From contig CAWCNY010000002.1 of the NCBI GenBank assembly GCA_963797095.1, forward strand, positions 864,001-928,000: DNA of 64,000 bases, read 5' to 3'. The stretch is from an uncultured Chloroflexia bacterium. GTDB lineage: Bacteria > Chloroflexota > Chloroflexia > QHBQ01 > JADMIH01. Positions 57,206 through 64,000 of this stretch are shown here, in pieces; position 1 is the first letter of the stretch; every line of letters starts with the position of its first letter. A program made the position numbers and the translations under genes. The notes under the pieces were generated by a model. It was not told the origin of the DNA. It saw nothing but the letters and a program-made list of their open reading frames with translations, and ran no database searches.

Positions 57206-57433
57206 AGCCCTGTGTGAGAGATAACGACAATAGAGAGTGATCCGCATGGTATGGTATAATAGAAGAAGGCTGACCGTCTATACAGATCGCCTTACCTTAT
57301 AGCCCCAAATCCCCAAAATCAGCAAAAGTTAATGACATAACATCCAATAATCCCCGAAATTGGCTGGGGAAAACCAATTGTACTCCGTTATGTCATGCAG
57401 TATAATGAGCCCAAGAGGGCAGGAGTAAGAAAC

Positions 57434-58138
57434 ATGAATCAAATTTCACCCCTGTGGACCCCATCGTCCCAGACTCAGCCTGTTGCGCCCCAGTCTGTGA
57501 TCCCTTATGTAGTGGAGAGCAGCAACAGAGGTGAGCGCGTATACGATATCTACTCGCGCCTGTTGCGCGACCGCATCATCTTCCTCGGCACCCCGATCGA
57601 TGATCAGGTCGCCAATGCCGTAGTCGCTCAGCTACTCTTCCTTGACCATGAGGACCCTGAGCGCGACATCCAGCTATATATCCACTCGCCGGGCGGCTCC
57701 GTAACTGCCGGTCTCGCGGTCTACGATACCATGCAGTTCGTTCGCCCCGACGTGAGCACTCTTTGTGTGGGTCTCTCTGCATCGATGGCTACCGTCCTCC
57801 TGTGCGCGGGCGCGAAGGGCAAGCGCTATGCTCTCCCTAATTCCACGATCCACCAGCATCCTGCGGGCGTTGGCGGCATCGGCGGCTACGCCCCCGATAT
57901 CGAGATCCAGGCCCGCGAGCTTATCCGCCAGCAGTCGAGGGTCCGCCAGATCATGGCTGACCACACCGGCCAGTCTATCGAGCGTATATCCCGCGACTTT
58001 GACCGCGATATGTACATGGACACCCAGCAGGCCAAAGAGTATGGTATCATCGATGAGATCATGCCAACTGCTCATGCAATACCAGGCAACGAAAAGAACT
58101 CCGCCGATTCACTGATAGCGGGCGGACTCAAGCTCTAA
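57434..58138 (+). CDS. clpP: ATP-dependent Clp protease proteolytic subunit
   Basis: [24 protein letters not shown] catalytic Ser, IHQH. Confidence 0.95.
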   Translation: MNQISPLWTPSSQTQPVAPQSVIPYVVESSNRGERVYDIYSRLLRDRIIFLGTPIDDQVANAVVAQLLFLDHEDPERDIQLYIHSPGGSVTAGLAVYDTMQFVRPDVSTLCVGLSASMATVLLCAGAKGKRYALPNSTIHQHPAGVGGIGGYAPDIEIQARELIRQQSRVRQIMADHTGQSIERISRDFDRDMYMDTQQAKEYGIIDEIMPTAHAIPGNEKNSADSLIAGGLKL

Positions 58139-58202
58139 AGTGATATGTGATATGTGGTACGTGAATTCTCACTCACGTACCACATATCACATATCACATA
58201 CC
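58139..58202. repeat. inverted heptamer arrays forming a hairpin, (GTGATAT)n / (ATATCAC)n
   Basis: GTGATATGTGATATGTGGTACGTGA ... TCACGTACCACATATCACATATCAC. Confidence 0.85.
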
Positions 58203-58222
58203 AATCCGAGGAGTTGACCAGC

Positions 58223-59530
58223 ATGGCTAGCACGAGAGGTGGGAAGCCCCAATACCGTTGCTCGTTCTGTGGTAAAAGCCAGGAAGATGTGCGCCGCCTT
58301 ATAGCAGGGCCGGGAGCTGTCTATATCTGCGACGAGTGCGTGGAGCTTTGCCGAGAGATCATTGATGAAGACGATCTCACAGCATCCCACAAACCAGGCT
58401 TCAGACTGGACCGCGATATCCCCAAGCCTCGCCGTATATCCGAGATGCTTGATAGCTATGTAATAGGCCAGGACCGAGCCAAAAAGGTGCTCTCCGTGGC
58501 CGTCTACAATCACTACAAGCGCATTGTTTCCGGCATCAAAGGCGATGAGATAGAGCTTCAGAAGAGCAATATCCTCTTGCTTGGGCCTACAGGTTGCGGC
58601 AAAACTTTGCTCGCCCAGACCCTCGCCAAGATACTCGATGTGCCCTTCTCCATAGCCGACGCCACCGCCCTCACCGAAGCAGGCTACGTGGGTGAAGACG
58701 TGGAGAATATCCTCCTGAGACTCCTCCAATCGTCTGACCTCGACATACAGCGCGCCGAAAAAGGCATCGTCTACATAGACGAGATCGATAAGATTGCCCG
58801 CAAGAGCGACAACCCTTCAATTACCCGCGACGTATCGGGTGAGGGTGTGCAACAGGCGCTCCTCAAGATCATCGAAGGCACCGTCGCGAATGTGCCTCCT
58901 CAGTCGGGCAGAAAGCACCCCCACCAGGACTTCATCCAGGTAGATACCTCCAACATCCTTTTCGTCTGTGGCGGAGCGTTTGAAGGCCTGGAGGAGATCA
59001 TAGCCAGGCGCGTGGGTGGGGGCGATACCATCGGGTTCGGCAAGCACCTGACCGGTGAGGAGCGGATGCGCCAATCAGCCAATCTCCTCTCCAAAGTGAT
59101 CCCTGAGGACCTTCTCAAGTATGGCCTGATCCCCGAATTCGTAGGTCGCCTCCCCATAATCGTGGCCCTCGACCCATTAGAGCAGACGGCCCTGGTGCGC
59201 ATCCTTGTAGAGCCAAAGAACGCCATTGTCAAGCAGTATGAGAAACTGCTTCAGCAAGACAAAGTCGAGTTGATTTTCACCCAGGATGCCCTCGAAGCCG
59301 TGGCCGACAAAGCCCTCAAGCAGAAAACCGGCGCTCGCGGTCTGCGCACGATCATCGAGGAGATTCTGCTCGACGTGATGTTCGACATCCCATCACAAGA
59401 GAGCGTGCGTCAGTGTGTGATCAATCGCGAGGTAATAGAGGGCACGCGCCCTCCCCTCCTTGTTACCCGCAACGACCGTGGTCGCACTATCGAACGGGGC
59501 AGCACCAAAGACCTCGAAGAGAGCGCTTGA
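58223..59530 (+). CDS. clpX: ATP-dependent Clp protease ATP-binding subunit
   Basis: CSFCGK zinc finger, [18 protein letters not shown] loop, GARGLR. Confidence 0.97.
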   Translation: MASTRGGKPQYRCSFCGKSQEDVRRLIAGPGAVYICDECVELCREIIDEDDLTASHKPGFRLDRDIPKPRRISEMLDSYVIGQDRAKKVLSVAVYNHYKRIVSGIKGDEIELQKSNILLLGPTGCGKTLLAQTLAKILDVPFSIADATALTEAGYVGEDVENILLRLLQSSDLDIQRAEKGIVYIDEIDKIARKSDNPSITRDVSGEGVQQALLKIIEGTVANVPPQSGRKHPHQDFIQVDTSNILFVCGGAFEGLEEIIARRVGGGDTIGFGKHLTGEERMRQSANLLSKVIPEDLLKYGLIPEFVGRLPIIVALDPLEQTALVRILVEPKNAIVKQYEKLLQQDKVELIFTQDALEAVADKALKQKTGARGLRTIIEEILLDVMFDIPSQESVRQCVINREVIEGTRPPLLVTRNDRGRTIERGSTKDLEESA

Positions 59531-59559
59531 TCCCTTCGCGGAATCTGAAAAACATGGGT

Positions 59560-59675
59560 CATCCCGAATTTTAGATTCAGCTTCCCAGGTGTATAATCTG
59601 CTTCTAAAATAGGCAAAATGGCGGCGAAGCCGCCATTTTGCCTATTTTAGAAAGCCCCTCCCAAAATTGGGGATG
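59560..59675. repeat. ~116-bp palindromic MITE/REP-like element, copy B
   Basis: 24-bp arms with GAA loop at 59602-59652; ends CATCCC..GGGATG. Confidence 0.75.
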
Positions 59676-59823
59676 CCTTATGTTTCCTACCTGACCTTCG
59701 GTCCAGAACTTCGCTGTCTTTGGCTCTTGCGTAGAAACGCAATGCTCGTTACAATCCAGGTGTTGTTCGTAGAGCCCTGTTGAATATCTGCCGTTGCTTG
59801 CAATACGGCCGAAAGGGTACCTT

Positions 59824-61431
59824 ATGCTTACTCACCCGTTGCGCTCTCGCCTCCCTATTCTGGGGGTTGTTGTTCTTTTGCTCTCCCTTTTGCCCTGGCA
59901 AGGCTCGTCCCGTGCAGTTGCCGCCCCCGTTGCCCAATCAGGCGACAGGCTGGTGCTGGCCTTTTACTACGCCTGGTACAGCCCCGCCGACTTCGCCAAG
60001 GGCCAGATGCTCGATACCCCCTCCAGCCCCTACGACTCCAATCAGCCTGAAACAATCGAGAGGCAGGTGCGCGAGGCTGCCGGGGCCGGCATAGATGGTT
60101 TTATCGCATCCTGGTCTGGCCTCGATACGCAAAGCGATGCCAACTTCGGAAAGCTCCTCGATACAGCAGCCAAGAACAACTTCAAAGCCACCATCTATTT
60201 CGAGACAGACTCGGTCGTGCAGCACGGCGACGTAACAAGCCAGCTACAGGGCCTCCTTGCCAAATACGCCAGTCACCCCGCCTTTCTCCATTGGAACGGC
60301 AAGCCTGTGATCTTCTTCTGGTGGCCGCAGGCGGTGGGCGGTGCGGCACAGTGGCAGGCGGTACGTACCGCCGTTGATCCGTCCAATGGGCAGCTATGGT
60401 CTGTCGATACCACCGATACCTCCTACCTCGACGCGTTCGACACAATACATTTCTTCAGCGCGGGCAAGTGGACTGGCACCACCGATGCTGGCAAAGTTGA
60501 TGCTCAGTGGCGTACAACTATCGACAACTACAACAAACAGCACGGCACCAACCGTCTCTGGGTGGCGGGTGTGATCCCCGGCTGGGATGAAAGCAGAGTG
60601 CTGCCGCCACGCCCCGACGCTAAAGTCTTTCCCAGGAACGACGGCGCGCTCTACAACGACATGTGGAAGGGCGCAATCGCCAGCAATCCTGTATGGATCA
60701 CTATCACCAGCTACAACGAATGGTACGAAGGCACGCAGATCGAGCCTGCCTCCTCTTATGGCACGCGCTACCTCGACCTGACAAAGCAAAACATCCAATC
60801 CTGGAAAGGCGTTGCTTCTGCTCCACCCACGCCTGCACCTGCGCCTGCACCCGTCTCCAACCCCGGCGCAGGCGATTCATGCGCGGGCGGCACTCTATTC
60901 CCCGAAACCCAGCTTGTCATCTGCAAAGCGATGGAGAGCTACTGGCGTGCCAACGGCGGCTTGCAGCAATTCGGCTACCCCATCTCCAACTCTTTCAGCG
61001 AAAAAAGCGCCCTCGATGGCAAGGCCTACACCGTCCAGTATTTTGAGCGCGCAGTTTTCGAGCTACACCCCGAAAATGCGCCGCCCTATGACGTACTGCT
61101 CTCCCAATTAGGCACCCTCGCATATCGCCAGACCTATCCCGATGGCGCTCCCAACCAGCATCAGAACCAGGAAGGCGGCAGGCTCTTCCCAGAAACGGGC
61201 AAGTGGGTAGGAGGTGGGTTCCTCCAGCGCTGGGAGAACAACGGCGGCCTCTTCGTCAACGGCTACCCGATCACAGACGAATTCCAGGAGCAACTCTCCG
61301 ACGGTAATACCTACGTGGTGCAGTACTTCGAGCGTGCCCGCTTCGAGTTCCACCCTGAGAACCCTCCACCCTACAATGTGCTGCTGGGTGCGTTGGGCCT
61401 ACTGGCGTGGGACCAGCATGGAGGGCAGTAA
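59824..61431 (+). CDS. secreted GH99/GH71-like glycoside hydrolase with FPETG/YFERA repeats
   Basis: VLAFYYAWY, AGIDGF..SW, ITSYNEWYEGTQIEP; two C-terminal GYPI..QYFERA repeats. Confidence 0.8.
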   Translation: MLTHPLRSRLPILGVVVLLLSLLPWQGSSRAVAAPVAQSGDRLVLAFYYAWYSPADFAKGQMLDTPSSPYDSNQPETIERQVREAAGAGIDGFIASWSGLDTQSDANFGKLLDTAAKNNFKATIYFETDSVVQHGDVTSQLQGLLAKYASHPAFLHWNGKPVIFFWWPQAVGGAAQWQAVRTAVDPSNGQLWSVDTTDTSYLDAFDTIHFFSAGKWTGTTDAGKVDAQWRTTIDNYNKQHGTNRLWVAGVIPGWDESRVLPPRPDAKVFPRNDGALYNDMWKGAIASNPVWITITSYNEWYEGTQIEPASSYGTRYLDLTKQNIQSWKGVASAPPTPAPAPAPVSNPGAGDSCAGGTLFPETQLVICKAMESYWRANGGLQQFGYPISNSFSEKSALDGKAYTVQYFERAVFELHPENAPPYDVLLSQLGTLAYRQTYPDGAPNQHQNQEGGRLFPETGKWVGGGFLQRWENNGGLFVNGYPITDEFQEQLSDGNTYVVQYFERARFEFHPENPPPYNVLLGALGLLAWDQHGGQ

Positions 61432-61464
61432 GGGGAGGAGTGCAAGCGAGCGCGATCTATTATT

Positions 61465-61492
61465 TGTAATACTGTTGTAACACTTTCGTAAG
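61465..61492 (+). promoter_or_regulatory. OmpR-family direct-repeat box
   Basis: TGTAAT-N5-TGTAAC-N5-CGTAAG, 11-bp period. Confidence 0.5.
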
Positions 61493-61628
61493 CAGTTTTA
61501 CCCATAGGTAAGCAAGCGCAAGTACGATAGGTGCGAGACCTGTGCGCCCTACCTCCGGCGAACTCGAGCCGGGCCAGGTGTTCCAGATTCACACCTATCC
61601 ACACTTATCACGAAAGGAAGCAACAGTG

Positions 61629-62627
61629 ATGTTCAAAACAATCAGGAAGTTCGCGCTCGCTTTCGCACCTGTTCTGGCCGTTCTCGCGCTTGTAACTCCT
61701 GCTCTGGCACAGACAGGCAGCGTATTTACAGATCCCCCCAAGTCGTACACGCTTACCACCGGCTGGTATCAGGGGCGTGCCACTTTTTACTACGACTTCG
61801 GTATGAATTCCCCCGTTGACAAGAGCAGCGGCAAGGTAATACCCGCCCCCATTTATGTCCTCATAACAGGCATGGACGCTGATGGCAACCCCATTATGGT
61901 CCCCGACCAGCGCAACATAATAGACGTGGTGCCCGGCGACGCAGGCTATTCCGACCTTTGGCAGGTCAATCTCGTGGTCGTTCCCTCTGATTACGTTGCA
62001 AACACCTTCAAGTCAGCCGACGACGTGAAGAACTCAGGTTACCAGACGATCGTACCAGGTCTGCTTGTGAACTGCCCGGTCGTCCCCCTAAACTCCACTC
62101 TATCCGAGCCTAGTCCCGCCTCCGGCAGCACCACTCCCACCAAGGGTTGGTACAAAGGACAGGAAGTCGACTACTTCGACTTCGGCCCAAACCCCAACTC
62201 AACAGCTCCCATCTATGCCTTCATCACCGGCTTCGACTCCTCGGGGATGCCCCAGTTTGTTGACGGCCAGCACAACATCATCGACGTGCTGCCCGGCCTG
62301 GATGGCTACAGCGCATTCTGGGATGTGACCCTCGTAATGGTCCCCGATGGCTACCAGGCAAACTCGATCACCACTCGCCAGCAGGTGCTTGATTCAGGCT
62401 ACGATATGATTAACCCCGGTCTGACAGTCAATTGCCCCGTCATCCGCACTGACGATGCGGTCACAGGCAACACAGGCCCCGTGGTGGTGGTCGGTATGCC
62501 TCACACGGGCGCTCCCGCCGGCGATAACCTCGCCATCTGGACAGCACTGGCAGCAGGCCTCGCGGTAGTGGCCGGTCTGGGCCTTCGCTTCAGAAGCTCA
62601 ATCGTCTCAAAGAGCCGCGCCAACTAG
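61629..62627 (+). CDS. secreted two-repeat protein with MPHTG sorting-like signal
   Basis: Signal peptide; duplicated GWY.G..Y.DFG..APIY..Q.NIIDV.PG..GYS..W..VNCPV domain; MPHTG-TM-basic tail. Confidence 0.75.
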   Translation: MFKTIRKFALAFAPVLAVLALVTPALAQTGSVFTDPPKSYTLTTGWYQGRATFYYDFGMNSPVDKSSGKVIPAPIYVLITGMDADGNPIMVPDQRNIIDVVPGDAGYSDLWQVNLVVVPSDYVANTFKSADDVKNSGYQTIVPGLLVNCPVVPLNSTLSEPSPASGSTTPTKGWYKGQEVDYFDFGPNPNSTAPIYAFITGFDSSGMPQFVDGQHNIIDVLPGLDGYSAFWDVTLVMVPDGYQANSITTRQQVLDSGYDMINPGLTVNCPVIRTDDAVTGNTGPVVVVGMPHTGAPAGDNLAIWTALAAGLAVVAGLGLRFRSSIVSKSRAN

Positions 62628-62685
62628 CATATCCTCCTTCCTTCAAGCGTTGAATGGGTGCGTTCGTGGCGTGCCCATTCAACGC

Positions 62686-64000
62686 TTAATTCCCCAGCCA
62701 ATCGGTCACAGCAGTGGGCAGATTGACGCTGGGTCCCCTCTTTATTGTGCAATCGGGCAGCGAGTTGAGGAATGCCTGCCCGTAGTATTTCGAGAGCACC
62801 CGCCGGTCCAGCACGGCCACCACTCCCCGGTCGTTCTTGCTGCGGATCAACCTGCCAAAGCCTTGCTTGAACTTCAAGATCGCCTGCGGCACCGAATACT
62901 GCGCGAACGCGTTGTCGAACAACTCAGACCGAGCCGCGAACACCGGATCGCTCGGCACCGAAAAAGGTAGCTTCGCGATCACCAGCACCGACAGCGCATC
63001 CCCCACCACATCGATCCCCTCCCAGAAAGAGGACGTACCCAGCAGCACCGTGCGTGGATTGCTCTTGAACCGCTCCAGCAACTGCTTGCGTGAGCCGTCG
63101 ATATTGTGCCCCAGCACCATGATCCCGCCGTCTTCCAGCGACCTCTGGATCCCCCTGTAGGTGGCCCTCACCGCGCTGTGTGACGTAAACAAAATGAGCG
63201 CGCGTCCAGCCGATGCCTTGCACAGTGCGATAAGCGTTTGCTCTAGGGCTCTCTGGTAGCCCGCCATGCCAGGCTCCGGCATATCTGCGGGCACGTACAC
63301 AAGTGCGGCCTGCCCGTAATCGAATGGTGACGACAATTGCAGGTCTACCCCTGTGCGTAGGCCCAAACGCTCGCGTACGTACGAGAAATCGTTGTCGGTT
63401 GACAGTGTGGCCGAGGTAAGCACCACCGTCTTCTTCTGCGAGAAAAGGTGCTCGTCAAGCAGCGGGCCAACGTGCAGGGGTGCGCACTTCAGGGCAACAT
63501 CCCCGCCTCGCGCTTTCGCCTCCAGCCAGTACACCGCCCCATCCTCCGGGTTGGTGACCGCCGAGTTAGCGTTGGCCCGCAGGTCGTGCAGCCGCGTGAT
63601 GTGGTTGCGTAGCTCAATTGCCACGTCAGAATATGAGGCCACCTCGTCGCCGTCCACACTCCTCGGCATTGAGTTCCAATCTACATCCCCCAGCAGATTA
63701 TTGATCCTGGTCAATCCCTTCTCTATATCGGCCAGTTGCAGCCCCAGGTTGTCCCACACCAATTCAAGATGCCCCCACGTTGGGTGCTTGCGCACCTCCT
63801 CCGTGATCCTCTGCCGCAGGTCATACACGTTTTGCTCGTCGTGGTACACGTCCAGTAGCGTGATAAGGGTGGCGAACATCTCCGAGGCCGAACCTTTGGC
63901 CCGCTCTATGGCCGTGCGCAAGCCCGCCGATACCTCGTCCACCGACACCAGCAAGTTTCGCATTGATGACACCCGATTGGCCATAGACGATGGGCCTTCC
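62686..64000 (-). CDS. DinG family helicase, C-terminal part (5' end outside window)
   Basis: LTSATL, SPFDY, LILFTS, SFWEGID, KLPF..P, KQGFGRLIRS. Confidence 0.92.
   Translation of the reverse strand, partial: EGPSSMANRVSSMRNLLVSVDEVSAGLRTAIERAKGSASEMFATLITLLDVYHDEQNVYDLRQRITEEVRKHPTWGHLELVWDNLGLQLADIEKGLTRINNLLGDVDWNSMPRSVDGDEVASYSDVAIELRNHITRLHDLRANANSAVTNPEDGAVYWLEAKARGGDVALKCAPLHVGPLLDEHLFSQKKTVVLTSATLSTDNDFSYVRERLGLRTGVDLQLSSPFDYGQAALVYVPADMPEPGMAGYQRALEQTLIALCKASAGRALILFTSHSAVRATYRGIQRSLEDGGIMVLGHNIDGSRKQLLERFKSNPRTVLLGTSSFWEGIDVVGDALSVLVIAKLPFSVPSDPVFAARSELFDNAFAQYSVPQAILKFKQGFGRLIRSKNDRGVVAVLDRRVLSKYYGQAFLNSLPDCTIKRGPSVNLPTAVTDWLGN

Noticed and set aside
57240-57433. CIRCE or CtsR box upstream of clpP
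   Set aside because: No match to either consensus; only TATAAT-type -10 elements are visible.

Overview
Bacterial chromosomal window of moderately high GC, most likely from Chloroflexota (Chloroflexia-like). The lineage is inferred from Cys-rich SLH proteins, FPETG..YFERA repeat proteins, MPxTG sorting signals and a PASTA kinase. Core content: divergent tRNA-Gly/tRNA-Glu genes, phnC/phnE, pknB, a large pentose-phosphate operon (tkt, tal-pgi, gnd, zwf, opcA, pgl, rpe) with small passenger genes between the core genes, gatB, gdhA, a cluster of secreted/S-layer proteins, tig, a T-box-controlled archaeal-type aspS, clpP-clpX and a partial DinG helicase. Mobile DNA: an ISKra4-like element abutting a truncated relative, and an IS701-like element; both transposases carry 9-bp tandem repeats and frameshifts. 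The least explained signals are non-coding. (1) About a dozen intergenic 7-bp tandem arrays with different units but a shared block order, often starting at stop codons. (2) A ~120-bp palindromic element in two copies with compensatory changes. (3) A three-copy promoter-like motif, one copy of which points at an ORF-less region (candidate sRNA). (4) A 543-bp nucleotide-identical domain shared by two neighbouring surface proteins. No CRISPR array, rRNA or prophage was seen. All family calls come from visual motif recognition, not database searches.
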